Source: Candidatus Iainarchaeum sp. (lineage in GTDB: Archaea; Iainarchaeota; Iainarchaeia; JAFGOX01). From it: a stretch of 49,728 bases of DNA. The notes beneath the pieces are model-generated. The model did no database searches. It saw only the letters and a program-made list of their open reading frames with translations, and was not told the DNA's origin. Below, in pieces: positions 1-10,040 of the stretch. Every line of letters starts with the position of its first letter. The stretch's first letter is position 1. Made by a program: the position numbers and the translations under genes. The stretch covers positions 1-49,728 of the forward strand of contig JAFGOX010000032.1 in the NCBI GenBank assembly GCA_016926295.1, read 5' to 3'.

Positions 1-438
1 ATTACAAATGCAAAGCCGGAAATAGCCGAATATCCGTTCACAACAAAGAAAATATCAATAGGTCATATTGGTAAGGGGGAAGATATGATTCAGGTCGTTG
101 ACACACCCGGTTTGTTTGAACGCCCTCTTGAAAAAAGAAATGATATTGAAAAAGAAGCGATTCTCGCATTAAAGTATCTGGCAGATGGGATAATTTTCAT
201 ATTCGACATATCAGAAAGATGCGGGTATTCAATAGAAGACCAGGAAAAACTGTACAAAGACCTCAAAAAAGAATTAAAGGTCCCTTTCTTACTCATTGTG
301 AACAAAAAGGACATAACCGAACCGAAAAAACTGGGGCGAATCAAGGGTGCAATAATCATCCAGGCCTCGGACGAAAAAGACCAGGAAATGGTACTAGCGG
401 AAGTACGAAAGATGCCTTTAAATAAGGTTTCGGCTTAA
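1..438 (+). CDS. NOG1/OBG-family GTP-binding protein, 5'-truncated by the window edge
   Basis: Frame is open from base 1: ITNAKPEIAEYPFTTK (G2), VVDTPG (G3), NDIEKEAILAL, FIFDISERCGYS, NKKD (G4). Confidence 0.9.
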   Translation: MTNAKPEIAEYPFTTKKISIGHIGKGEDMIQVVDTPGLFERPLEKRNDIEKEAILALKYLADGIIFIFDISERCGYSIEDQEKLYKDLKKELKVPFLLIVNKKDITEPKKLGRIKGAIIIQASDEKDQEMVLAEVRKMPLNKVSA

Positions 439-498
439 TTTAATTGCAATACTTATTTGGTTGCCACCGTGAAGAAAAGATTGGCGGGAGGTCCTACC

Positions 499-759
499 AT
501 GGTTGATGAACAAGCATTACAAGAAGTAATTGAATATATGGATTCGCTTTCTAAGGATACTGCGTTTCCGAGAAACGTACGCGAAGCGATTTCGAAGGCA
601 AAAGACGAGTTAATAAAGAAGGACGAACCCTTTGATGTCAGACTTAGCTCAGCAGTATATATCATTGACGATGTAAGCAATGATATAAACGTTCCAATGC
701 ACGCTCGCTCTGAATTGTGGAACCTAGTTAGTATGCTGGAAGGTCTCAAAGGGGAGTAG
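499..759 (+). CDS. UPF0147 family protein
   Basis: DTAFPRNVR...DVSNDINVPMHARSELWN matches the UPF0147 pattern; ATG 499 is preceded by GGGAGGT. Confidence 0.85.
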   Translation: MVDEQALQEVIEYMDSLSKDTAFPRNVREAISKAKDELIKKDEPFDVRLSSAVYIIDDVSNDINVPMHARSELWNLVSMLEGLKGE

Positions 760-762
760 TTA

Positions 763-2286
763 ATGGAAATTGAGGAAATAATTGCCTACGCGCTTACAAA
801 AAAGATTTTGATTGACAAAGATGCGGCAGGAATCCTTTCAAAGCGTGAAGATGGGTATAATATAATTGATGCGCTCGAGAAGCGTTCAGTGTTTTTTATT
901 AATCGGGATAAGGTAAACGAATTTCTGGCGGAAACCGAGACAAAAACACACCCTGAAGAAAAAGAGCAGGAAGAACTGAAAGTTGAAATTGTAGAATCGC
1001 GTTTCAAGCCATTTGCAAGAGACATCGAATCAAGAATAAAGATTGATGAGAGAACAGATATTACTGGAAAATCCCAGTCTCATGGCACAATGGACGATTT
1101 CCTTACATACTTCAAGGACAAATTCGAAAAGCAGAAAAAAATAATTCTGGAAAATAGAACTCCTAACCTGATTGAGCTTGCCAAAATTCCGCGTGTTAGC
1201 AGAAACAAAATAATCGATGTCATTGGAATGGTCTATGAAAAAAATGAGACGAAAAACGGACACATAATTCTGGAAATTGACGACCCGACAGGAAAGGCAA
1301 AAGTGCTCATTCTGAAAGACCGCACTAATCTGATAAATATTTCAAAATACATAATGGAAGATGATGTCCTTCAGTTCAATGCAACTGTTGGAAAAGATTT
1401 GCTTGTCGCAAACGAAATAAAATTCCCTGATATGCCGATAAGGGCGCCAAGAACAATAAGCGAGGATATAAAATTCGTGGCAACTTCGGATCTTCACCTA
1501 GGGCATAAAAAATTCCTTGACAGCGGATTTGACAAATTTCTTGAATGGTTGAATGGAAAAACAGGAAGTGAAAGGCAGAAAGAACTTGCAGGAAAAGTGA
1601 AATACCTGCTAATCGGCGGTGATTGCGTTGACGGGATTGGAGTTTATCCAGGTCAGGAAGAAGAGCTTGTTTTGAAAGACATTTACAAGCAGTACGAGTT
1701 ATTTGAGGACCTGGTAATGAAAATACCCGAGTATATCCAGATATTAATAGGCCCGGGAAACCACGATGCAGTAAGGATTGAAGACCCACAACCAAGAATA
1801 AATGAAAAATATCTTTCAAGGCTCGCCCAACTAAACAATGTTCATCTTATCAGTTCGCCATCAAATTTCAGCATTCATGGAATAAATGTTACTTTTTATC
1901 ATGGATATTCAATGGACCCGATGATTTCCTCACTTCCGCATCTAAGCTATTCAAAACCAGAGGATGTAATGGTCGAATATCTGAGAAGAAGACATGTTGT
2001 TCCAAGATACGGTTCAACAGAAAGGGCAAGGGCGCTCATGTTCCCTGAAAGAGAGGACATACTTTCAATACAGACGCCGCCTGATATACTTGTTGCCGGG
2101 CACCTTCACAAAAATGGATACACAAGTTATCGTTCAACATTAGTTGTAAATCCTGGCTGCTGGCAAAAGCGAACAGAATTTCAGATTAAAATGGGGCATA
2201 TGCCAACCCCCGGAATAGTTCCGGTCATAGGACTGAATGATTTGGGAATAAAGGAAATGAAATTCATGACAGGTGAGTCAATATGA
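763..2286 (+). CDS. polB: DNA polymerase D small (proofreading) subunit DP1
   Basis: OB fold plus calcineurin-like phosphoesterase motifs SDLH, GGDCVDG, GNHD, YHG, GHLH; ATGA overlap with DP2. Confidence 0.96.
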   Translation: MEIEEIIAYALTKKILIDKDAAGILSKREDGYNIIDALEKRSVFFINRDKVNEFLAETETKTHPEEKEQEELKVEIVESRFKPFARDIESRIKIDERTDITGKSQSHGTMDDFLTYFKDKFEKQKKIILENRTPNLIELAKIPRVSRNKIIDVIGMVYEKNETKNGHIILEIDDPTGKAKVLILKDRTNLINISKYIMEDDVLQFNATVGKDLLVANEIKFPDMPIRAPRTISEDIKFVATSDLHLGHKKFLDSGFDKFLEWLNGKTGSERQKELAGKVKYLLIGGDCVDGIGVYPGQEEELVLKDIYKQYELFEDLVMKIPEYIQILIGPGNHDAVRIEDPQPRINEKYLSRLAQLNNVHLISSPSNFSIHGINVTFYHGYSMDPMISSLPHLSYSKPEDVMVEYLRRRHVVPRYGSTERARALMFPEREDILSIQTPPDILVAGHLHKNGYTSYRSTLVVNPGCWQKRTEFQIKMGHMPTPGIVPVIGLNDLGIKEMKFMTGESI

Positions 2287-5200
2287 AAATAGACTTTGAT
2301 TTTGAAAACCTGCCGGGAAGCGAAAATGTAAGAAAATACCAGAAAAACATTCTTGCCGAAGTCGAAAAAATTTATACGGTTGCTGAAAATGCAAGAAAGC
2401 AGGGCTTTGATGTTTCTGATAGCGTTGAATCTCCTCCTGCCACAAACACCGCAGAGCGTGCAGAAGGTATGGTTGGCCCGAAAGGTCTGGCAAAAAGATT
2501 CCCTGAAATAATGAAAGAGAACAATGAAGACATTTTCTTATCGGAATTGCAGACAATAAGGGAGATTATAGATGGAAAAATAGGGGGAATTACTGACAAG
2601 GAAAAAGCCTTGGAGCAGGCGCTTAGAACTGTCCTTGCGATTGAAACGCAGGGAACGGTTGTTTCACCCATTGAAGGTCTGACTGAAGTTCACATAAAGA
2701 AAAATCATGACTCCACCAACTATGTAGAGTTGTGGTATGCAGGTCCTATTCGTTCTGCTGGGGGAACTGCCGCAGCGCTTACAATGCTGTGGGCGGACTA
2801 TGCAAGACAATACATGGGATTGGATAAGTTCAAGCCGACACAGGACGAAATAGGAAGATATCTTGAAGAGATGGAAATCTTCTTCGATGTTCAGTCGCGT
2901 CAGGCAAAATTCACAATGGAGCAGATTAAGTGGGTTGTGGAGCACCTTCCGGTTGCAATCACAGGCAGCGCAGGAGGAATAGAGGTCGAGGTAACAAAGC
3001 ACAGGGACTTGGAAAGAGTGCAGGGAAACTTTGTAAGAGAGGGTATGCTGTTAGCCTTGCTTGAGGGAATCCTTCTGAAAGCCCCGAAAGTATTTAATTT
3101 CTCAAAGAAGGCAAAGCTTGACTGGTCATGGCTTGAAAAGATTTTAAAGGTCAAGAAAAGCGAGGGTGGAGAAAAAATAGAATTGAAGCCCGTCACAAAT
3201 TATTTGGTTAAGGGTCTTGCAGCAGGCAGGCCAATATTCGGGCACCCTATGCGACAGGGCGGTTTCAGATTCAGATTCGGAAGAGGAAGAAACGGGGGAT
3301 TAATGTCAAAAAGCTGTCATCCGGCAACAATGCGCATTCTCCAGGATTTCCTTGCAGTTGGAACACAATTGATGATTGAAAGACCGGGAAAAGCAACTTG
3401 CCTTACGCCTAATGATACTATTGACGGACCGATTATCAAACTGAGAAATGGTGACGTAATAAGGGTAAATTCAGAAAAGCAGGCAATTGAAGTAAGGGAC
3501 AATATAAAGAAAATATTGTACCTTGGCGATTTGCTTGTCGCATTCGGAGACTTCAGAAAATCAGGAGATAATCTTGTTCCGGTAGGATATGTTCCGGAAT
3601 GGTGGGTTCTGGAAGTAAAAAAGGCGTTAAATGAAAAGAAAGGTGTTCACGGGGTTGACATTGAAAAAATATTAAAGGACCCTTACAATGTGGCGCCTGA
3701 AGACGCGTTAAACATTTCTCTTCAATTGAAAGTCCCGTTACACCCGGAATACATACACTATTACAAAGTTCTTAACAGAGAAAAAATAATTGAAATACTT
3801 AAAGCACTTGAAAACTCTGAAATGGAATTCAGTAAAGACAATAAAATAGAAAGACTGATTATTCGAGACGATAAAATAAAACCCTACCTTGAGGAAATAG
3901 GACTGGAGCACCAATACAGAGTAGGAAGCATAATAATCGGGAAAAAATATGCTTATGCGTTGATGAAAACTTTCGGTTTGGTTCTGGCGGGAAACCCGCT
4001 GGAAAAATTAGAAGAAATAAAAACCGAAAACCCTCTGGAAATCCTGAGCGAATTATCAGGGATAACAATAAGGGACAAAGGAGGAACATTTACCGGCTCA
4101 AGAATGGGAAGGCCGGAAGTCGCGTCAGCAAGGGAAATGAAAGGCAACCCCCATGTTCTTTTCCCGATAGGAAACGCAGGGGGAAACACAAGGGACATTT
4201 GCAAAGCCGCAGACAACGTTGGGAATTTGGATGTTGATATTTCACTATATAAATGTCCTGACTGCGGAGATGAGCTGCCGACGCATTTCTGCAACAAGTG
4301 TCACAAGCGCGCAACAAAACTCAGGATTTGCCCAAAATGCGATAAAAAAGATGAAAGTAGTACTTGCCCGGTTTGTAATAGCCCAATGAGAGAATACTCA
4401 AAAAGAAAAATAGATTTGAATGAAATCCTGACTGATGCTCTAAGAAGACTTGGTGAGAGAAAACCAAAAATAATCAAAGGCGTCAAAGGAATAATGAGTG
4501 ATGAAAAAGTTCCTGAGCCAATAGAAAAAGGAATTCTAAGGGCTAAGCATGGAATACATATTTTCAAGGACGGGACAGCAAGATATGAAATGTTAAACTT
4601 AATGGTTACGCATTTGAAACCAAAAGAGCTTGGCCACAGCATAGAAAAAATGAAAGAGCTTGGATACACCCGTGATTACTTGGGGAATGAATTAACAAAT
4701 GAAGAGCAAATAGTTGAAATTTATCCGCAGGAAATATTATTGTCAGAAGATTCAGTTGAGCATTTCATAAACCTGGCAAATTACCTGGATGAATTACTGG
4801 TAAAGTTCTACGGCTTGAAACCCTATTACAATGTTAAAACAAAGGAAGATATGATTGGCCAGCTTGTAATGAGCATTGCACCGCACACGGCTAACGCAGT
4901 TGTAGGAAGGGTTTTAGGGTTCACGCGCTCAAGAAGCAATTTCGCACACCCTTATTACCAAGTTCAAAAAAGGCGTAACTGCGATGGAGAACAGGACTCA
5001 ACAACTTTGCTTTTGGATTTACTGCTTAATTTCTCCAAGCACTACCTGCCTTCACACAGGGGCGGAATGCAGGATGCGCCATTAGTTACCACAGCAATCA
5101 TTGACGCAAGAGACATTGATGATGAAGTTTATGAAATGGAAGTCTGCACAGAATATCCTCTGGAACTTTATGAAAAGGCGCAGGAACTGTCAATGCCTTA

Positions 5201-5735
5201 TGCAATTAACATTCCAATTGTCAAATCAAAAATAGGAAACGAGGATCAGTTTGATGGTTTACTGTTTACACACAATACAACAACATTCAACGCCGGCCCA
5301 ACAAGAAGCGCATATACTTCACTGAAAACAATGCAGGAAAAAGTAGAAGCGCAAATCGATTTGCAGAATAAAATAATGGCAGTCGATGAAATAGACGCGG
5401 CAGAAAGAGTTCTTACTTCTCACTTTATCAGAGACATAATGGGGAACATGCGCGCATTCGCAAGACAGAATTTCAGATGTCCGAAATGCAATACAATCTT
5501 CAGAAGACCGCCATTAACAGGTAAATGCGATTGCGGCGGGGACATTATACTTACTATCTCAAGAGGCACTGTTGAAAAATATCTCAAAATAAGCCAGGAC
5601 TTGGTTGACAAATATAAGGTAACAGATTATCTCAAGCAGAGAATACAGATTCTAAATGACGAGATAAAAGAATGCTTCAAAGAAATAACAGTAGGAGCAG
5701 ACCGAAACCAGACTTCTCTATCTGATTTTATCTAA
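2283..5735 (+). CDS. polC: DNA polymerase D large subunit DP2 with a variant catalytic motif
   Basis: YAGPIRSAGGTA, RMGRPE, CxxC zinc modules, KRRNCDGEQD, C-terminal PIP-box-like QTSLSDFI; no intein seen. Confidence 0.96.
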   Translation: MKIDFDFENLPGSENVRKYQKNILAEVEKIYTVAENARKQGFDVSDSVESPPATNTAERAEGMVGPKGLAKRFPEIMKENNEDIFLSELQTIREIIDGKIGGITDKEKALEQALRTVLAIETQGTVVSPIEGLTEVHIKKNHDSTNYVELWYAGPIRSAGGTAAALTMLWADYARQYMGLDKFKPTQDEIGRYLEEMEIFFDVQSRQAKFTMEQIKWVVEHLPVAITGSAGGIEVEVTKHRDLERVQGNFVREGMLLALLEGILLKAPKVFNFSKKAKLDWSWLEKILKVKKSEGGEKIELKPVTNYLVKGLAAGRPIFGHPMRQGGFRFRFGRGRNGGLMSKSCHPATMRILQDFLAVGTQLMIERPGKATCLTPNDTIDGPIIKLRNGDVIRVNSEKQAIEVRDNIKKILYLGDLLVAFGDFRKSGDNLVPVGYVPEWWVLEVKKALNEKKGVHGVDIEKILKDPYNVAPEDALNISLQLKVPLHPEYIHYYKVLNREKIIEILKALENSEMEFSKDNKIERLIIRDDKIKPYLEEIGLEHQYRVGSIIIGKKYAYALMKTFGLVLAGNPLEKLEEIKTENPLEILSELSGITIRDKGGTFTGSRMGRPEVASAREMKGNPHVLFPIGNAGGNTRDICKAADNVGNLDVDISLYKCPDCGDELPTHFCNKCHKRATKLRICPKCDKKDESSTCPVCNSPMREYSKRKIDLNEILTDALRRLGERKPKIIKGVKGIMSDEKVPEPIEKGILRAKHGIHIFKDGTARYEMLNLMVTHLKPKELGHSIEKMKELGYTRDYLGNELTNEEQIVEIYPQEILLSEDSVEHFINLANYLDELLVKFYGLKPYYNVKTKEDMIGQLVMSIAPHTANAVVGRVLGFTRSRSNFAHPYYQVQKRRNCDGEQDSTTLLLDLLLNFSKHYLPSHRGGMQDAPLVTTAIIDARDIDDEVYEMEVCTEYPLELYEKAQELSMPYAINIPIVKSKIGNEDQFDGLLFTHNTTTFNAGPTRSAYTSLKTMQEKVEAQIDLQNKIMAVDEIDAAERVLTSHFIRDIMGNMRAFARQNFRCPKCNTIFRRPPLTGKCDCGGDIILTISRGTVEKYLKISQDLVDKYKVTDYLKQRIQILNDEIKECFKEITVGADRNQTSLSDFI

Positions 5736-6565
5736 GGTATAATTGTCTCTCCACCTGGTATTGATGGAGATGCTGGCGCGCCAAGCCCTTGGAAGAGCAT
5801 CCAAAGCACAAGCAAAACAATTACAAGAATCAGGAAATACCATAGCCACTTTCTTGAGCTGAGTGGCCCGCTGCCGCCTCCGCTGCCTTTTGGAATTGGT
5901 ATCTTTCTCGCTTTTTCTGCAATAAATTCAGCAGAGGTCTTCGCATATTTTGGCCAGTTTCTGGGAAGTTTCAATTCATCTAGTGTTTCCAGAGTTATTT
6001 CTGCAATACCGCGCTCCCTTTCTGGCACAGCTTCTTCATTCATTACTGTACCTAATACTGCATCAACATCTATTCTGTAGGTTCCCCTTCCCAAAGTGGC
6101 CCATATTCTCCAAACAGGTAAATAAAGCATAGTTATTCCCGAAACAATCACTGAACCGACAGGTACCTGAAACTGGGCGGCTATTCTTGCGGGAATTACT
6201 TCCTTGACTTCTTTCTCAGTAACACTGGGGGATACTACTTCCACTGGATATGAGTGGCTTGTCTCTCGCTCAGTTTTTGCCGGCTGTTCCTGCAAAATAT
6301 ATGGAACTATGTCCTGGAACTGTGCATCAACAGAACTTATTGCCTTTCTGCCCGTCTGTTCAGCTGTCACTACTTTCTCATCGCCCTGGCCGGAAGACGA
6401 CTGTGAAAAAACAGTGTAATTAAAAACATAGAAAGGAAGGTACACAAGTTTTATTGTACCTGCTTTGAAATCAGACCAATGCAGTCGCTTAAGCCTAGAC
6501 TTAAGAATAGAAAGCGATTGGTCCATGTCGAGGACCAAAGAAAAAGCGGGGGCGTCTAACCTCAC
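5732..6565 (-). CDS. Hypothetical protein with C-terminal transmembrane anchor
   Basis: 277-aa ORF, GTG start with GGAGG upstream, two YLP(F/V)(Y/W) motifs, Gly-rich linker followed by a hydrophobic helix. Confidence 0.8.
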   Translation of the reverse strand: MRLDAPAFSLVLDMDQSLSILKSRLKRLHWSDFKAGTIKLVYLPFYVFNYTVFSQSSSGQGDEKVVTAEQTGRKAISSVDAQFQDIVPYILQEQPAKTERETSHSYPVEVVSPSVTEKEVKEVIPARIAAQFQVPVGSVIVSGITMLYLPVWRIWATLGRGTYRIDVDAVLGTVMNEEAVPERERGIAEITLETLDELKLPRNWPKYAKTSAEFIAEKARKIPIPKGSGGGSGPLSSRKWLWYFLILVIVLLVLWMLFQGLGAPASPSIPGGETIIP

Positions 6566-6578
6566 TGGTTAAGCCTCC

Positions 6579-6950
6579 TTACTTCGTTGCCTTTACAATC
6601 TTGACTTTTGATGGCGTAACAAGTACTAGGTCCTGAGTTAATCTTACCATGTCTCCATCGATGTCTTGTATGTATACTTTTACTTTTCCGATTGCACCTT
6701 TAAGTCGGATTTGGTTTCTATCGGCTGCATCCTTAATGTTAAGCACAAGTATGTTACCTTTTGTTACTTGGTCAATAACTTCCTTGACTGCGTCTTCGTC
6801 ACCGTTAAATACGATTCTTAACACTAATGCATCTGCATCTTCATATGGAGTTTCTTCTGTTGTGTTCATGATGTTAAGTAACTCATCCAATTCTATTTCC
6901 TTGTCTGCTCTTGAAGCACCAACAAGTTTGCCTAAAGTTCTTTTAACCAC
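6579..6950 (-). CDS. sepF: Cell division protein SepF
   Basis: VIDQVTKGNILVLNI...IDGDMVRLTQDLVLVTPSKVKI is the archaeal SepF core; GTG 6950 follows GGTGA. Confidence 0.88.
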   Translation of the reverse strand: MVKRTLGKLVGASRADKEIELDELLNIMNTTEETPYEDADALVLRIVFNGDEDAVKEVIDQVTKGNILVLNIKDAADRNQIRLKGAIGKVKVYIQDIDGDMVRLTQDLVLVTPSKVKIVKATK

Positions 6951-7040
6951 ACGTATCACCCCTTGATTTAAAATATGATTTGTTCTAATAGATTATACAG
7001 AGAAAACAATATAAACTAAGACGGTTCGGGTTGGGGAATT

Positions 7041-8255
7041 ATGGATGTGGAAGCCTTATTAAAAGCGGAACTCAGTAAAGACAGCGTTTTTGTAAATAGG
7101 GACTATTTGTCACCCCACTACATACCGGAAATGTTACCTTTCAGGGAAAAACAGGTCGAAAGCGTAACTAAAATACTGGCTCCTTTTCTTAAGGGAAAGA
7201 GGCCCAATAACATGTTTATTTACGGGAAAGTTGGCACAGGGAAAACATGTGTCGCCAGAAAGGTGCTCGACACTACCCTCAACTTTGGCGAAAAACAGGG
7301 GATTCCTGTAAACGGGACATATATCAACTGTAGAATCACAAGCACAAAGTACGGGGTTTTGGTTAAAATAGCAAGCAAGCTGGTTCCTGAAGAAAGTCTT
7401 TTGGGTTTTTCCCTGTCTTACATGTTTGAAAAGATAAAGAACACCCTGTCGCAAAACAAAATGCACTTTGCAGTAATTCTAGACGAAGTGGACAAGGTAA
7501 AGGACGTAGACGATTTGATTTACACGCTTACAAGAATGAATGATGAACTTGATTTTGGCGGACTGTCAATAATAGGGATATCAAATGTGATAAGTTTCAA
7601 AGAAAATCTGGACACACGGACAAAAAGCACCTTGTGTGAAGAGGAATATGTATTTCCCCCTTACAATGCAGACGAACTAAGGGAAATACTGACTGAAAGG
7701 GCTTCTGTCGGATTCAAACCGGGCGCTGTTGAAACATCCGCGCTAAATCTTGCAGCGGCAGTTGCATCACAAGAGTCAGGGGATGCAAGACGTGCATTGA
7801 TGCTTCTTCTAAGGGCCGGAGACGTTGCTGACGAAACAGGAAAAAAGAAAGTGACCGAAACAGAGATACACACTGCAAAAACAAAGGTCGAAGAGGATTT
7901 GATAATAGACCTGATTTCAACCCTTCCGGCACAGCACCAGATTGTGCTTTACGCAATCACCAGACTGACAGAAGCAAACAAAGGATACACAAAACTTGAC
8001 GGTGAGAAAAAACTTGGGATGATTTTCTCGGGTGAAATCTATGATAATTACACAATGCTTTCAAAGAAACTCGGAAAGAGCCCGAAGACCGCAAGATGGT
8101 ACAGGGAAATGATAAGGGAACTGGAAACTTACGGATTGATTACTGTGCAGCAGTCAGGAAAGGGAATTAGGGGCCACACTCATTTAATCAAAATGAATTT
8201 CGACGCACACAAAACCCGCGGCGTACTAGAGAAACAATTAGGGCTTGAGGATTAA
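7041..8255 (+). CDS. cdc6: Orc1/Cdc6 replication initiator
   Basis: LSPHYIPEMLPFRE, Walker A GKVGTGKT, YINC, Walker B ILDEVD, FPPYNADEL, GDARRA, C-terminal winged helix. Confidence 0.97.
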   Translation: MDVEALLKAELSKDSVFVNRDYLSPHYIPEMLPFREKQVESVTKILAPFLKGKRPNNMFIYGKVGTGKTCVARKVLDTTLNFGEKQGIPVNGTYINCRITSTKYGVLVKIASKLVPEESLLGFSLSYMFEKIKNTLSQNKMHFAVILDEVDKVKDVDDLIYTLTRMNDELDFGGLSIIGISNVISFKENLDTRTKSTLCEEEYVFPPYNADELREILTERASVGFKPGAVETSALNLAAAVASQESGDARRALMLLLRAGDVADETGKKKVTETEIHTAKTKVEEDLIIDLISTLPAQHQIVLYAITRLTEANKGYTKLDGEKKLGMIFSGEIYDNYTMLSKKLGKSPKTARWYREMIRELETYGLITVQQSGKGIRGHTHLIKMNFDAHKTRGVLEKQLGLED

Positions 8256-9338
8256 TTACTTCTTTTTCTTTGATTTTTTCTTAGTGTGGTTTGACCGCAT
8301 AGTTTGTTCTGAAATTAATACTTGTTTTGGGTAAGGTATTTCTACGCCCGCCTTTTCCAGAGCAGATTTTATATTCTTCAGCATCCGGGTCTTTGTCTCA
8401 AGAACTAAATCTGACCTAACCCATACCCTTACCTGAAGGTCAACGGAGGATGGGGCGAAATTGGTTACAAGAACTTCGATGTCTTTTCCCTTTATTACGT
8501 CAGAGTCGTTCGTAAGGACTTTCTTTATCGCAACAGTAGCCTCATCTATATCTGATTCATATGCCACACCAATTGGAAGCAAAAGTTTTCTCTGTTTGTT
8601 TCTTGTGTAATTTATTATTGCCGAGTTTGCGACAATTGAATTAGGAATATTGATTACTGTATTGTCAGTTGCAACTATTTCCGTGGACCTCAAAGCAACC
8701 TCTGAAACCGTTCCGGACAAATTCTGGCCTTTCAGCTCAATCCAGTCGCCGATTTTGAAGGGATTGTCAAAAATCAGGGTTATGCCCGCAAATAGATTTC
8801 CTAAAACATCCTTTGCTGCAAAACCTACTACAATACCTAAGAATCCGGCACCAACAAGAATTCCTTCAATGGCAGTTGTTAGCCCAAATTCGCTAAGCGT
8901 CCACATCAATGCGATAATGTAGATTCCATAAGATAAGAATTTCTTTATCAGAACGTGAGTGTGCTTGCTGAAGTCAATTGCTTCTATAACATCATCAACC
9001 TTTTCAAACACATCAGAAAAATTCTTGATTATGAACTGCGCGCCAATCCAGATAAACACCACATTAACCCAGCTGATGAAAGCGGGGTGGAAATCTTTTA
9101 CCCAGAAATAAAGCAGATATGCTTCGCTGAATATTACTGCCACAAGGAATGCAATAAGATAATAAAGGAAAATCACTGCGCGATTGGCAAGCTGAGTTGC
9201 GCTTTTCTCAGCAACGGGCTTGGAAGGAACCCTCTCTATGAGCTTTTTTCTTAAAACCTGCCCTCCATACCAGCCTAGTACTAGAACAAGCAGGGATATC
9301 CCAATTCTCAAAATAGTCTCAATAACATCAGCGGCCAT
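8256..9338 (-). CDS. mscS: Small-conductance mechanosensitive channel (MscS family)
   Basis: TM helices, then GFAAKDVLGNLFAG, PFKIGDWI, IPNS, GVAYESD, IPYP. Confidence 0.93.
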   Translation of the reverse strand: MAADVIETILRIGISLLVLVLGWYGGQVLRKKLIERVPSKPVAEKSATQLANRAVIFLYYLIAFLVAVIFSEAYLLYFWVKDFHPAFISWVNVVFIWIGAQFIIKNFSDVFEKVDDVIEAIDFSKHTHVLIKKFLSYGIYIIALMWTLSEFGLTTAIEGILVGAGFLGIVVGFAAKDVLGNLFAGITLIFDNPFKIGDWIELKGQNLSGTVSEVALRSTEIVATDNTVINIPNSIVANSAIINYTRNKQRKLLLPIGVAYESDIDEATVAIKKVLTNDSDVIKGKDIEVLVTNFAPSSVDLQVRVWVRSDLVLETKTRMLKNIKSALEKAGVEIPYPKQVLISEQTMRSNHTKKKSKKKK

Positions 9339-9387
9339 GTGTTCATAAGATATAAATGTTTATAACCCTTTTTTGCCTTATTGTTCT

Positions 9388-10038
9388 ATGAGCATAAAAA
9401 CAGTCACGGATATTTCAGCTTTTGAGAAACTGTTTCCCGAACTCTCAAAGGAAGACAGACGGGGCTCAAAAGGTTGGGCCATTAGGAAATATCTTGAAAA
9501 TAGGGGGATTGTGAAAATAGACTGCACTGTTTCCGGAGATCCGGTTAAACTAATTTATCCTGACAAATTGAAACTGATGAATCTGATAGAAACATCAAGG
9601 AACAAAAGAGAAATGATACGTGGGGATTTGAAGAAATGGAAAAACAGGCACAGCAAGGCGAAAAACGAGAAAATAACTCTGCAGGCAAAGAAACTGACAA
9701 TGTCCGACTACTGGAAACACAAGGCCAAGTATACTACTGACAAGGCTTACCGCGATTCATGGAACCGTGTTGATATGGACACGGAAATAGCGGCGCATGA
9801 CAAATACGGAGCAATGTTCAGGATGTTCGTGAACAATGACGAGTATAGGAGCAAACTGGTTGACACTGTCGAAAACTCTGTTGTATACTCAAAGGATAAA
9901 AAGCTGGCAAAGAATGTTCAAGTATTAAGGGAATTCAAGATGAATATGTCAAACACCAAAATAGAAAGCTACAACAAGAAAATAACTGAATTGAATGAAT
10001 ACATCAAAGCAATGCAAACACTTTCCAACTGGCGATAG
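9388..10038 (+). CDS. Hypothetical basic, helical protein
   Basis: Long open ORF (ATG 9388 preferred over TTG 9373), K/R-rich, ends 2 nt before the PPIase gene; no family recognised. Confidence 0.7.
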   Translation: MSIKTVTDISAFEKLFPELSKEDRRGSKGWAIRKYLENRGIVKIDCTVSGDPVKLIYPDKLKLMNLIETSRNKREMIRGDLKKWKNRHSKAKNEKITLQAKKLTMSDYWKHKAKYTTDKAYRDSWNRVDMDTEIAAHDKYGAMFRMFVNNDEYRSKLVDTVENSVVYSKDKKLAKNVQVLREFKMNMSNTKIESYNKKITELNEYIKAMQTLSNWR

Positions 10039-10040
10039 CA

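Noticed and set aside
2283..5735. Inteins in DP2 (also checked Cdc6 and RadA)
   Set aside because: Lengths are normal and no C...HN splice junction motifs or insertions were seen.
6951..7040. Replication origin next to cdc6 and polD
   Set aside because: The gap is only about 90 nt, and I see no repeated ORB elements with G-strings or an extended unwinding region.
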